From the NCBI GenBank assembly GCA_963728565.1, contig CAVSLC010000013.1, forward strand, positions 320,001 to 384,000: a stretch of DNA of 64,000 nt, given 5' to 3'. Of this stretch, positions 32,483 to 42,762 are shown piece by piece (within the stretch, counting starts at the first letter, position 1; the number at the start of each line of letters is the position of its first letter). Made by a program: the position numbers and the translations under genes. The notes beneath the pieces were generated by a model. That model was not told the DNA's origin. It worked only from the letters and a program-made list of their open reading frames with translations, and ran no database searches. The stretch comes from an uncultured delta proteobacterium (GTDB lineage Bacteria; Desulfobacterota; Binatia; UBA9968).

Positions 32483-33505
32483 TCATTTGCAAGACACCGT
32501 CTCCAATTCTTTTACGACTTCATGTATGTCGTTGTACAGAGCTGCTTTGAACTCGATGCGGCGACCTGTTGTCGGATGAGAAACTTCAAGTCTCTCCGCG
32601 TGCAGCGCCTGGCGAGGAAAATCATATAGTAATGAAATGATGTTTCTGTTCCTCAACTCAGCTTTCGGACGTCCTCCGTATACCTTATCGCCAATTACTG
32701 GATGACCAAATTCCGCCAAGTGAACGCGGATTTGGTGCGTGCGGCCAGTTTTGGGTCGAAGTCGGCATAGGCTGACCCATCGGATGCTTCTCGCATCGGG
32801 TTTTAGTTCAAAGCATTTTTCAACCTTCCACTCGGTCAGGGCTTCGCGTGTTCTTGAATAAGCGAAACGGCAAGACATTTTCTTCCGCTGGGATCGATGG
32901 CGGCCGATCGGGTGATCAATGATGCCGCTGTCCCCCTTGAGTTTGCCCCAAACTAGGGCAAGGTATTCCTTATGAACTGTGCGATCTTTGAATTGCTGCG
33001 CCAATAGTTGTAACGACCGATGATTCTTCGCAACGACCATAACCCCAGAAGTATCTTTGTCCAGGCGATGAACAATTCCCGGGCGGCCCTCCGCACCGAT
33101 TTCTTTTAACTCGGGGCAATGATGCAACAGCGCGTTAACCAGAGTTCCAGTGACCCTTCCGGCAGCTGGATGCACCGCCATTCCAGGCGCCTTATTGATG
33201 ACCACAACATCGCGATCTTCATAGATAATGTCGAGAAGGACAGCCTCTGCGCTTAACTTCGTTTCTATTTTAGGAATTCTGCCAAGTTCGACCGAATCAC
33301 TCGGCTTGAGGCGCCTACTCGATCTTGTTGGCGCCCCATTGACCGTAATGACCCCATCCTCGATCAACTTCTGCATCCGCGAGCGAGTCACGCCATAACG
33401 CTGAATTTCTTCAACCAAATGCTGGATAAGGAAGACATCCAGACGCATTCCGGATGCTTTCTCCCCGACCACCACAGCCCGGCCAGGAACAATCGATGAT
33501 TCCAT
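32483..33505 (-). CDS. rluD: RluA/RluD-family rRNA pseudouridine synthase
   Basis: S4-like N-terminus (RLDVFL), GIVHRLDKDTSG, TGRTHQIRVH, RQALHA. Confidence 0.88.
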   Translation of the reverse strand: MESSIVPGRAVVVGEKASGMRLDVFLIQHLVEEIQRYGVTRSRMQKLIEDGVITVNGAPTRSSRRLKPSDSVELGRIPKIETKLSAEAVLLDIIYEDRDVVVINKAPGMAVHPAAGRVTGTLVNALLHHCPELKEIGAEGRPGIVHRLDKDTSGVMVVAKNHRSLQLLAQQFKDRTVHKEYLALVWGKLKGDSGIIDHPIGRHRSQRKKMSCRFAYSRTREALTEWKVEKCFELKPDARSIRWVSLCRLRPKTGRTHQIRVHLAEFGHPVIGDKVYGGRPKAELRNRNIISLLYDFPRQALHAERLEVSHPTTGRRIEFKAALYNDIHEVVKELETVSCK

Positions 33506-33512
33506 ATCGAAG

Positions 33513-34457
33513 CTAATGCTTGTAGCGGAGCTTCAATCGATCGAATACGGCACGAGCCGCTTGGACGTCTTCGTGCATCTGAATCACCAGATCGCCTATT
33601 TCGGCAAACTTCCGCTCTTCTCTAATCCTCTGGACAAAACTCAGCTTTACCGGTTCCCCATAGATATCCTTTGCGAAGTCCAAAATATGAGCCTCTATCG
33701 TGCGCGATCCTTCGCCGAACGTAGGATTGTGACCAACACTGCTGACGCTCAACCAACCCTGATCTTGTAACTCCAGAATGGTTGCATAAATACCGTCTTG
33801 AGGAAGAAGCTCGGTAGTGGCGGCCAGATTAGCTGTCGGAAAGCCCATGGTCCGGCCACGGCGGTGACCACTAACAACTGTGCCGGAAATGAAGTGATAG
33901 CGGCCGAGCATCGGCTGAACTTCATCTACGCGACCTTGTTCGATTAACTGCCTGATTCGCGAACTGCTTATCCGCTTTCCCTCAACGAGGATGGGCTCGA
34001 CGATACCTACGCCAAAACCCAGTTCACTGCCCCAACGAATCAGGTCTTCCGCGTCTCCCTCGCGAGCGTGGCCAAACCTTAAGTCTCTGCCCAACCAGAT
34101 CTTCGACAAATTAAGACGCTCAAGAAGATAGCGTCGCACAAAATCCTCAGCCTGAATACTTGCGAAGCGCCGGTCAAAAGTCTGCACGATAACTGTATCC
34201 ACTCCCACCGATTGCAGCATGTCCATCTTGTCCCGATGGCTTACGATCATCTGCGGCGCCCGTTCGGGCGCAAGCAATTTCAGCGGGTGAGGATCGAAAG
34301 TAAAAACAACCGATTTAGTACGCCATTGTTTCGCTTCCGCTACGGCGTTGGCAACCAGGGCCTGATGACCGAGATGGATGCCGTCAAAATTTCCCATGGT
34401 GACGACCGTCTTCGACTCAGGTCGGCGAAACTCTTCGATGTCGCGAAAAACTTCCAT
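33513..34457 (-). CDS. ribF: Bifunctional riboflavin kinase/FAD synthetase
   Basis: GNFDGIHLGHQ, ISSSRIR, GRTMGFPTAN, IEAHILDF, IREERKF. Confidence 0.95.
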   Translation of the reverse strand: MEVFRDIEEFRRPESKTVVTMGNFDGIHLGHQALVANAVAEAKQWRTKSVVFTFDPHPLKLLAPERAPQMIVSHRDKMDMLQSVGVDTVIVQTFDRRFASIQAEDFVRRYLLERLNLSKIWLGRDLRFGHAREGDAEDLIRWGSELGFGVGIVEPILVEGKRISSSRIRQLIEQGRVDEVQPMLGRYHFISGTVVSGHRRGRTMGFPTANLAATTELLPQDGIYATILELQDQGWLSVSSVGHNPTFGEGSRTIEAHILDFAKDIYGEPVKLSFVQRIREERKFAEIGDLVIQMHEDVQAARAVFDRLKLRYKH

Positions 34458-34551
34458 ATCTCTCGACTTCCGGTCTGGCCGAATGGGATGCGGAGGTATC
34501 GATTGCTTCGCGCCAACCGAAAAAAGAGGGCGCATTAACAGGGCGGGCGAA

Positions 34552-35385
34552 CTATGACTCAAGCGATCTTAATTTTTGCTTGGCTTGTGCCGCTTCCGGC
34601 GACTGTGCGTACTTCTCGACGACTTCCTGCAGGATCAATCGAGCATTTACCTTTTCACCCAATTCAGCAAATGCGAAGCCTTGTTTTAGAAGCGCAGCGG
34701 GAACTTTGTCTCCTTGCGGGTATCTGCTGCGCACGGCATCAAACTCAAGAATTGCTTGGTCGAATTCCCGCAGAGCATAGTGACTTTCGCCGATCCAATA
34801 CTGAGCATTGATGGCCAATTTGCTTTTCGGGTGCTTTTGGAGAAACTCCTTGAAGCGACTGATCGCAAGCCGATAATCTTTTTTTTCCAACGCTCGCCAC
34901 GCGATTTCGTAGTCGGTTCTTACCGTCTCGTTTTCTGCAGCCGAGGCTTCCGTTTTTTCCGGAGAACTACCCCCTGCCACCGGCTGCTGCCGAATATTTT
35001 TTTGCAGCTCCCTTAATTCTTCCTCGCGCGCTTTTAACTGTCCTTCCTGTATTTTGAAGGCTTCAGTCAATTTGGCAACCCGCGCTTCCAAATCTTTGAC
35101 CCGCTGATCGCCGTCCCGGCTAGATTGGCCGAGTTGCCGACCCACTTGATAGCGAGTCTCTTCAATTCGTTCCTTGAGCGCGCTAAACTCGCGTTGCAGC
35201 TGCTGCATATTCGCTCTGGTGTCCGCCAGGCTCGATCGCATCGACTCGACCTCGTTATGCATACTCGCATGGTCACTACGAATCCGCCGTTGTTCACGCT
35301 CCAGCAACTCGATTTGCTGCGGTTGGGCGCAAGCAGATGCGCCGACAGAGAATAGAGCCACTAATAACATTCGGTGAATTTGCAT
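34552..35385 (-). CDS. cpoB: Tol-Pal system protein YbgF/CpoB
   Basis: Lipoprotein-like N-terminus, coiled coil, TPRs (NAQYWIGE, KVPAALLKQG); follows pal. Confidence 0.9.
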   Translation of the reverse strand: MQIHRMLLVALFSVGASACAQPQQIELLEREQRRIRSDHASMHNEVESMRSSLADTRANMQQLQREFSALKERIEETRYQVGRQLGQSSRDGDQRVKDLEARVAKLTEAFKIQEGQLKAREEELRELQKNIRQQPVAGGSSPEKTEASAAENETVRTDYEIAWRALEKKDYRLAISRFKEFLQKHPKSKLAINAQYWIGESHYALREFDQAILEFDAVRSRYPQGDKVPAALLKQGFAFAELGEKVNARLILQEVVEKYAQSPEAAQAKQKLRSLES

Positions 35386-35421
35386 CTTGTCTGACCTCGC
35401 CCGGGTGGAGTGGCTCAGCTG

Positions 35422-36027
35422 TTATGACGCCGGTCGGCTCGGAACTACGACGAAACGAGCACGACGATTCTGCCGCCAACAGTTTTCATTTGATTCTGTG
35501 CACACCGGGATCTCCTCCCCATAACTGATCGTCGATATGCGTTCGGGAGAAATGCCTAGGCTAACGAGATAATCTTTGGCGGTTTGCGACCGTTTAGCGC
35601 CGAGCGCCAGGTTGTATTCGCTTGTTCCTCGTTCATCGCAATGCCCTTCCACCTCAATTCGAGCTGACGCATTGCTCTTAAGCCAGTCTGCATTACCTCT
35701 GAGAACATCTCGAGCGTTCCCCCTGAGATCGTAACTGTCGAATTCAAAGAGAACGTCTTTCAATGGGCTTGAAGCCGAAGTGACGGGCGGTTTGCCTGCT
35801 TTTAATTGATCTAAGCTCGACGAGGTAGATGGAACAGTCGATTCCTTGGTAGTGCCAGCTCGTCCCTCGCCGGCGCTCTTGCTGCCTGATCCCGAAGGAG
35901 TCGCAGACGATGATCCTGTAGGACCGACGCTTGCTACATCAGGCTTAGTAGTCGATGGAGCGCACCCCCCGCTCACCAAGACAGAAGCAGCAACGACACC
36001 GTAGCACAGCATTCTAAAGTCGCCCAT
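35422..36027 (-). CDS. pal: Peptidoglycan-associated lipoprotein
   Basis: Lipobox SGGC, EGHCDERGTSEYNLALG, ISYGEE, NRRA. Confidence 0.95.
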   Translation of the reverse strand: MGDFRMLCYGVVAASVLVSGGCAPSTTKPDVASVGPTGSSSATPSGSGSKSAGEGRAGTTKESTVPSTSSSLDQLKAGKPPVTSASSPLKDVLFEFDSYDLRGNARDVLRGNADWLKSNASARIEVEGHCDERGTSEYNLALGAKRSQTAKDYLVSLGISPERISTISYGEEIPVCTESNENCWRQNRRARFVVVPSRPAS

Positions 36028-36078
36028 CGTAACTCCTTTTTCGGGAACTTGCGTAGAATCAATATGGAATTTAAGAGG

Positions 36079-37388
36079 TTATTCTAACCGAGGAGACCAG
36101 CTTGGCTTTGTATCATCTCCCCCAGAACCTGTCAATCTACGTTGATTTTCACCAGTGGCTTGCATCACGTATAGATGGTAACGCCCGGCTCGGTTCGAGG
36201 AAAATACAATAAAGCGGCCATCCGGTGACCATGCCGGATCTTCGTTGTCGAATCCATTATTGGTAAGTCGGGTCGGTTCCCCGCCATCCACAGCGATGCT
36301 GAAAACTGAAAACCGACCGCCGACCCTGCTTATGTAGGCAATTTTATCGCCAGTGGGGGACCAGTCGGGTGAGGTGTTATAACTCCCGCTGTAGGTCAGG
36401 CGTCGGGATTTGCCGCTGGCGACATCCAGAATATAGAGTTGGGGCGACCCGCTTCGGTCAGAAACGAACACCAGTTGCCGACCGTCCGGCGACCATGAAG
36501 GCGAAACATCGATGGCCGTATCATCGGTGAGCCGGCGCACAATATCGCCACTCCGTTCGAGCAGGTAAATGTCGGTATTCCCCCCCGTTCGAGTGAAACC
36601 GCGACATTTTGCCCATCGGGCGACCATTTGCCGCCGAGATTCAATCCCGTGCGGCTGGAAAACTTTAGGTCTTTGCCGCTGAATAACTCGAATAGATAAA
36701 GACTCGGATTTCTTTCCTTATAGGAGGTATAGAGGATAGATTTTCCGTCCGGTGTCCACGACGGCGACAAATTGATAGTCCGATTATTTGTTACCTGATA
36801 CTTCTCGCTGCCATCGAGATGGGCAACGTGAATCTCCTTGAAACGACCACCCCCAGTCGATGTATAGGCGATCCGTGTATTGAAGATGCCCGGCACCCCA
36901 GTGAATTGTTTGATAATTTCGTCGGCAAATTTGTGCGCGATGCGGCGAAAGTCCCGTGCACGCCCTGTGTACCTTTTACCGATCGTTTCTCTTCCTTGAG
37001 TGACGTCGAAGAGCCGAAGCTCCACCGTGACTTCATCGCCCTGAACAGAAAACCTGCCTTTTACCAGGCCCACCGCACCGATGGTCGACCAGTCTTTGAA
37101 ATCAAACGTCCCCAGGGTATCGCCACTGCGTTGCGGATGCTCGATGTAAGTTGCTCGGTCCAAAACTCGAAACCAACCGGAGAGATCAAGGTCATAAACA
37201 ATAGCATCCGCCACACCTTCCGATATGCGCCCTGGATCAGCACCATTCCCAGTATTCTTGAGCGGCGAAATGGCTATCGGATATTTCGGCATTCCGGGGC
37301 CGATAACGTCAAGACGCACTTGCGCATAGCTCGCCGAGGCCTGCATGAGCAGATAGAAAATAATCGCTGAAGTAGTTTTTTGCTTCAC
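36079..37388 (-). CDS. tolB: Tol-Pal beta-propeller protein, split by a frameshift at a G7 run (36580-36586)
   Basis: TolB N-domain (RRIAHKFADEI..FTG.PGIFNTRIAY) and PD40 repeats (SPSWSPDG) across two ORFs; G8 would give ERGGNTDIY in frame. Confidence 0.92.
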
Positions 37389-37401
37389 ATCGTTCCTCGA
37401 A

Positions 37402-38436
37402 CTACGGCTGAAAATTCATCTCTACCTGAGCGAAGTCCTTCCGGTACGACTCAGGTGGCGGAGGCAGGGGACTGGATTTCCTCAACGCGCGCAAGATCGA
37501 CTCGTCAAAGGCAGCGTCTCCAGATGGTTCAGCGATTTTCAACCCGGTGATTTCCCCATTATCCTTAATGCTGAATCGGGCCAAGGCCTTTAAACTCCCC
37601 TTCTGGCCCGGCCACGCCCAGTTTTCCTTGATCGTGTTAACGATCTTAGCTTGGTACATGAAAAATTCAGCACCTCTAACCGCCGTGCCGCCGCCCCGGC
37701 CGCCTTGACCAAGTGCCGCCGCTCCGTCACCTTCTCCGGGACCCACACTGAGGATCTCTCCGCCTTTAGAGCTGGCGGCTTTTTGTGTGCTTTCAGCGCG
37801 GCTTTTCACCCGATCGAGCGCGGACTGAATGAGTCTTTCGCGCACCTTGTCCATAGCGCCTTCGTCTGGCGCCGCAGCGCTCTTAATCTCCTTAGACTCT
37901 TTAGCCGGCTCCTGTTTAGGTTCTTCCTTGTTACTTTCTTTTTTAGTTTCTTCCTTTTTTACGGGCGTATTCTTTACAACTAACTTGTCCTCGACTGGAG
38001 TTTTTTTCTCAGTCGATTTGACGGTTTTCTCGGGCTTTTCCAGCTTTTCACTTTTATCCGGCTTGGGGATTTCGGCTTTTGCGGGCTTCTCAGATTTCTC
38101 TTGCAGTTTCGGTTTTGCCTGTTTGATTTCCGGAGCTGGGGCCGCGGGCTCGGAATTAACCCTTTTGGGCGGATCTTTGGGGCCCGTGGCAGGATAAAGC
38201 TCATTGCCGGGTCGATTACCGCCGATTTTTTCTCCTCCGACTAAGTCTACGGTATAGATGGGTGGCGCCGGACGCGTGACAGATGGAAAATAAGGCGAGA
38301 AGATCAACGCTATCAGGACTGCGCCGTGCAAAATAAACGAGAAAAGTAACCAATTCGACAGCCGATCGTCTTTCCCCGCCGATGCAGGCGACTTTTCTCT
38401 TGGCGCAATGGTTTTGCTGTTGGACTCACCTGCCAT
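37402..38436 (-). CDS. tolA: TolA/TonB-family protein
   Basis: TM SFILHG, K/E/P-rich linker, C-terminal SGDAAFDESILRAL..SSPLPPPP. Confidence 0.87.
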   Translation of the reverse strand: MAGESNSKTIAPREKSPASAGKDDRLSNWLLFSFILHGAVLIALIFSPYFPSVTRPAPPIYTVDLVGGEKIGGNRPGNELYPATGPKDPPKRVNSEPAAPAPEIKQAKPKLQEKSEKPAKAEIPKPDKSEKLEKPEKTVKSTEKKTPVEDKLVVKNTPVKKEETKKESNKEEPKQEPAKESKEIKSAAAPDEGAMDKVRERLIQSALDRVKSRAESTQKAASSKGGEILSVGPGEGDGAAALGQGGRGGGTAVRGAEFFMYQAKIVNTIKENWAWPGQKGSLKALARFSIKDNGEITGLKIAEPSGDAAFDESILRALRKSSPLPPPPESYRKDFAQVEMNFQP

Positions 38437-38437
38437 G

Positions 38438-38860
38438 CTATCCGTCTTCTAACGTCGGACGAGTCACCATCCCCACTCTGTCGATACCGGCTTGCTTCAA
38501 TTCTGCTATTGTTTGCATTACCAAACCGTAACGAACATCTTGATCCGCTCTGACGTAAACCTGCTTATCAGCTAGATTTGTCCGAATAGCGCGCATCTTC
38601 GCGCCCAACTCATCCAAACTCATAACGTTATCATTTAAATAGATCTTGCCATTCTTAGCAATGCTGACAACTAGCAGCTCGTCGGTACCAGGAATAGCGG
38701 CCGCTTTCGCTTGCGGCAAATTGACTTGTACTCCTTGTTGGATGATTGGGGCAGTCACCATGAAAATAACCAGCAGCACCAACATAACGTCAACAAGCGG
38801 AGTAACATTAATCTGCGAAATCGTCGTGCTGTCACGCGATGAAGCGGTGTCCATTGCCAT
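38438..38860 (-). CDS. tolR: TolR
   Basis: INVTPLVDVMLVLLVIFMVTAP, VRADQDVRYG. Confidence 0.94.
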   Translation of the reverse strand: MAMDTASSRDSTTISQINVTPLVDVMLVLLVIFMVTAPIIQQGVQVNLPQAKAAAIPGTDELLVVSIAKNGKIYLNDNVMSLDELGAKMRAIRTNLADKQVYVRADQDVRYGLVMQTIAELKQAGIDRVGMVTRPTLEDG

Positions 38861-38875
38861 GCGAACCTCTTTTAC

Positions 38876-39616
38876 TTATTTAAAAAAGTGGCGCTCAGCT
38901 ATATTGAGAAATTCGTGAGAAAAATTGTCCATCTCAACAGCCAGCACCTTGATCTGTTGGACGAAGTAGTTGTAGGCCATGAGCGCCGGAATTGCGGCAG
39001 CCAGACCTACAGCAGTGGCGATCAATGCTTCGGCAATTCCTGGCGCCACCGCTTGAATGCTCGATGAATGTGTCGTACTAAGGCCCATGAACGCGTTCAT
39101 AATGCCCCACACCGTGCCAAAAAGTCCTATGAATGGCGCCGCGCTAGCGGTAGTGGCAAGAAAGGTGCAATATTTTTCCAGTTTCGTTATTTCGACACTG
39201 GTCGCCCGTTTCATAGCCCTGGAAACATTATCGACGCCGCCCAATTCAGTCGTCAAGTTATCGCCGACAGGGGAATCCTTCTTTGAGCGAGATACCCGGA
39301 CGAGCTCTTCATAACCCGAGCGAAAAACCTGGCCTACCGGACTAGATTTCAACTCCCGGCTGGCATCGTGTATCGAGGACAAGTTGCGTCTTTCCCAGAA
39401 GATTTCGATGAATTTCTGCGACTCTTTTTTAGCCCTGCGCATCTGGCGGAACTTGTACGCGATAATACCCCACCCAACAACCGAAAATAGAACCAGCAAG
39501 TAGAGAATCGCTTGAACAACGATACCTGATCCCCGAACGAGATCGAGAATCCCATGCGGTTGGGGAACGAACGAGCCATTTTGGGCCACAAGGTGGAGCG
39601 ACCAGAAAGAAAACAT
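38876..39616 (-). CDS. tolQ: TolQ (start codon uncertain)
   Basis: APFIGLFGTVWGIM, VAPGIAEALIATAVGL. Confidence 0.93.
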   Translation of the reverse strand: MFSFWSLHLVAQNGSFVPQPHGILDLVRGSGIVVQAILYLLVLFSVVGWGIIAYKFRQMRRAKKESQKFIEIFWERRNLSSIHDASRELKSSPVGQVFRSGYEELVRVSRSKKDSPVGDNLTTELGGVDNVSRAMKRATSVEITKLEKYCTFLATTASAAPFIGLFGTVWGIMNAFMGLSTTHSSSIQAVAPGIAEALIATAVGLAAAIPALMAYNYFVQQIKVLAVEMDNFSHEFLNIAERHFFK

Positions 39617-39720
39617 GATGGATTTTGAAATGTTAATTGAAAAAATATTATAACCTCTGTTATTAGTCAATTAGTAAATGCGCATTTCTCAACATTAATC
39701 GTTCAATTTGGGATGCACGT

Positions 39721-40899
39721 ATGATTTGCCGCATAGATCAAATCGACACCGCCGGAAAGACAGTATTCTTACGAGTGGACTTCAACGTACCTCTCGACAA
39801 AGGCAAAATCACCGAACCGCATCGCATTGAAAGCGCTGTGCCGACCATCCGACTGATTCTAGACAAGTCAAAGAAAGTAATCATCGCTTCCCATCTGGGC
39901 CGTCCAGGCGGTAGGAAGGATCCGAAATTCAGCCTAGCACCCGTACGTGAGTATCTGGAAAAGTCTCTGAGCCAAACAGTAATCTTGGCGCCCGATTGCG
40001 TTGGCTCAGAAACTGAGGCACTCGCCCGTGATCCACACCCGCGAATTGTTCTGCTTGAAAACTTGCGCTTTCATCCCGAAGAGGAAAAGAACGATGCCAT
40101 TTTCTCCCGTGCTCTTGCCTCGCTGGCCGATGTCTATGTCAATGATGCTTTCGGCGCGGCGCATCGCGCCCATGCTTCCACGGCAGGTATGGCGGCGTTT
40201 TTCGAAATCAAAGCTGCCGGCCTTTTGCTACAACGAGAGCTCGACTATCTCTCGCGCGTACTGACGGGCCCAGAAAAGCCTTTCATCGCTATCCTGGGCG
40301 GAGCAAAAGTTTCAGATAAGATCGGCGTCATCAAAAATCTATTACCTAAACTCGACGCGTTGCTTGTCGGCGGGGGAATGGCCTACACGTTTCTGAAAGC
40401 TAACGGAATTAATATCGGGCGCTCGCTGATCGAACAAGATAAGATTTCTGTTGCAAAAGAGCTGATGACAGACGCGGTCGAACATGGAGTCAGAGTACTC
40501 CTGCCGACGGATCATTTGACTGGAGATGAGAACAAAGAGAATTCTTCCACCACCGATGTTAACATCCCAGAAGGACGGATTGGATTGGATATTGGACCAC
40601 GAACAACAGATCGCTTCATCGAGGAAATCGGCAGATCCAAAACGGTGCTTTGGAATGGTCCTGTCGGACTATTTGAAGTAGAGCCCTTCGATCAAGGAAG
40701 TAAAGCGTTGGCCCAAGCACTCGCCGATCATCGGTCCGACATCGTCAGTATTGTTGCCGGCGGCGATACGGTTGCCGCAGTTACAGCCGCGGGGGTCGCT
40801 CATCACATTACTCACCTCTCGACTGGAGGCGGGGCGACTTTGGAGTTTTTAGAAGGGCGTGAGCTTCCCGGCATCAAGGCACTTGAGCAAACCGCATGA
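39721..40899 (+). CDS. pgk: Phosphoglycerate kinase
   Basis: [45 protein letters not shown]. Confidence 0.97.
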   Translation: MICRIDQIDTAGKTVFLRVDFNVPLDKGKITEPHRIESAVPTIRLILDKSKKVIIASHLGRPGGRKDPKFSLAPVREYLEKSLSQTVILAPDCVGSETEALARDPHPRIVLLENLRFHPEEEKNDAIFSRALASLADVYVNDAFGAAHRAHASTAGMAAFFEIKAAGLLLQRELDYLSRVLTGPEKPFIAILGGAKVSDKIGVIKNLLPKLDALLVGGGMAYTFLKANGINIGRSLIEQDKISVAKELMTDAVEHGVRVLLPTDHLTGDENKENSSTTDVNIPEGRIGLDIGPRTTDRFIEEIGRSKTVLWNGPVGLFEVEPFDQGSKALAQALADHRSDIVSIVAGGDTVAAVTAAGVAHHITHLSTGGGATLEFLEGRELPGIKALEQTA

Positions 40900-41648
40900 A
40901 CCCGTTGGTTGTCGGCAATTGGAAGATGAATGGGACCTTGTCACAGGCGTCGAACCTCGCCGCCGCTATCGTGCAAGGTACCAGTCAAAAAACTCCGAAG
41001 GCTGCCTTGGTGTTGGCTCCGCCCGCAACAGCGTTGGCCACCGTACAAGAAAGGATCGCTAGCTCGCAAATCTCGCTGGCCGCCCAGAACTGCCATTGGG
41101 AAGACACCGGCGCGTTCACCGGCGAGATCAGCCCGGCTATGCTAGCGGATTTGGGTTGCACATACGTGATCGTAGGTCACTCGGAGCGCCGCCATATCTT
41201 CAACGAGAGCGATGAAATAACCGCCAAGAAATTAGCAGCTGCCATCAGAAACAATCTTCGCCCAATCCTTTGTGTCGGTGAAACTCTCGATCAACGCAAC
41301 GCCGGTAGGACTATGGAGGTTATCTTGCGGCAGATCCAACTTGCGTTGAAGGAGTCAAACGAAAATGTTATAGCAAAGCTCGACATTGCTTATGAGCCAG
41401 TCTGGGCTATCGGAACCGGTCACAACGCAGATCCCAGCCAAATCGCTGAAGTCCATGGGGCAATTCGCAGTCACCTGACGAACTCGTTCGGCGAAGCTAG
41501 CGTTCGGATCTTATACGGCGGCAGCGTAAACGCGGAAAACGCCAAGGCCCTCGGTAGAATTTCAGAAGTGAACGGACTTCTTGTGGGAGGAGCAAGCTTA
41601 AAGCCGGAAAGCTTTCTCGGAGTAGTTCGTTGCTTCGATGACGAGTAA
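40896..41648 (+). CDS. tpiA: Triosephosphate isomerase
   Basis: GNWKMN, GHSERR, AYEPVWAIGTG, YGGSV, LVGGASL. Confidence 0.97.
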   Translation: MNPLVVGNWKMNGTLSQASNLAAAIVQGTSQKTPKAALVLAPPATALATVQERIASSQISLAAQNCHWEDTGAFTGEISPAMLADLGCTYVIVGHSERRHIFNESDEITAKKLAAAIRNNLRPILCVGETLDQRNAGRTMEVILRQIQLALKESNENVIAKLDIAYEPVWAIGTGHNADPSQIAEVHGAIRSHLTNSFGEASVRILYGGSVNAENAKALGRISEVNGLLVGGASLKPESFLGVVRCFDDE

Positions 41649-41653
41649 AACTT

Positions 41654-42034
41654 ATGGTTATCGCAGTTACCATCGTACACATTATTGTTTGTATCGGATT
41701 GATATTGGTTGTCTTGCTGCAAACCGGCAAAGGAGCTGAAATCGGTGCTGTATTCGGGGGCGGTTCTAGCTCGACGATTTTTGGCAGCAGCGGTGCAGGA
41801 AACTTTTTAACCAAGCTTACAACGGCGATGGCGATCGTCTTTATGATGACGTCTCTGACCCTGGGATACTTCGCCGGGCAGCGACCCTCGGCAACGATTT
41901 TTGATAGTCGCAGCCCAGCGTCGCAGCCCGGCGCTCCTGTGGTGCCGGCTAAAGAAGAAACTGGCTTGACAAAATCCGCTGATAAACCCACAGCACCCTC
42001 AGAACAGCAACCCGAGGGAGCCACGAATCGATAA
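41654..42034 (+). CDS. secG: Preprotein translocase subunit
   Basis: VLLQTGKGAEIGAVFGGG, NFLTKLT. Confidence 0.95.
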   Translation: MVIAVTIVHIIVCIGLILVVLLQTGKGAEIGAVFGGGSSSTIFGSSGAGNFLTKLTTAMAIVFMMTSLTLGYFAGQRPSATIFDSRSPASQPGAPVVPAKEETGLTKSADKPTAPSEQQPEGATNR

Positions 42035-42045
42035 TATCAACATTT

Positions 42046-42132
42046 GCGAGGATGGCGGAATCGGCAGACGCGCTAGTTTGAGGGGCTAGTGCCCGAAAGG
42101 GCGTAGGGGTTCAACTCCCCTTCCTCGCACCA
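42046..42132 (+). tRNA. tRNA-Leu(GAG)
   Basis: Acceptor stem GCGAGGA/TCCTCGC, anticodon arm CTAGT-TTGAGGG-GCTAG, long variable arm GCCCGAAAGGGC, T-loop TTCAACT, encoded CCA. Confidence 0.97.
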
Positions 42133-42392
42133 TTCCCGGTCCGTTTCGGCAGCTTTTTCATTCTGATCCTTCTGTCTGAATAAGTCGTCAAAATCTGCTT
42201 CTTTCTCCTCGATGGATTCGGCGGTTTAGTTGGTTCCGAATTCCAGCTGATTGAGCCCCTTGCCGTTTAGCTGCCATTTTTGTCGCCCTGAGTTCGATGC
42301 TGTCGATTTTTTGACCAGCGACAAATTTGTTTCTGCGCTGCGGCAACTCAGTTTCGCTCATGAATATAGATGCTTACGTCGCCGCAGCATGA

Positions 42393-42408
42393 TGGCATAA
42401 GCCTTGCT
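42393..42408 (+). promoter_or_regulatory. sigma54 (-24/-12) promoter
   Basis: TGGCATAAGCCTTGCT matches TGGCAY-N5-TTGCW, about 25 nt before the HTH gene start. Confidence 0.75.
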
Positions 42409-42433
42409 CGATTGCGATCATTCGGGAGCATCT

Positions 42434-42643
42434 ATGATTATGAAACCAGCCGACACCGCGATTAAGTTACTGACTCTAGCTGAGGCGGCGACTATTCTCA
42501 AAATTTCTAAACGAACGCTGCATCGCATGATTCAGCACCGCCAGATCCCCGCCTTCAAAGTTGGCGGACAGTGGCGAATTCTTGAGAGTCGGTTCCAGGA
42601 ATGGGTGCAAGAAGAAGAGAACCTTGCGCCCAAAGCGAGTTAA
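42434..42643 (+). CDS. Small excisionase-like (HTH_17) DNA-binding protein
   Basis: LLTLAEAATILKISKRTLHRMI...IPAFKVGGQWRI; SD GGGAG before ATG. Confidence 0.87.
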   Translation: MIMKPADTAIKLLTLAEAATILKISKRTLHRMIQHRQIPAFKVGGQWRILESRFQEWVQEEENLAPKAS

Positions 42644-42762
42644 CCCGCGAGCAGAGCAAAACCCCTCCTTGCCATAAAACCGTTCCCGAAAAACACCCCG
42701 CAATCCTTCATCCGATTGCAGACTCCGCGAGCCCGGAACCACTGCTTGTGTCTCTTCAGTCG

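Noticed and set aside
37402-38436. K/E/P-rich low-complexity stretch
   Set aside because: Normal TolA periplasmic linker, not a DNA repeat array.
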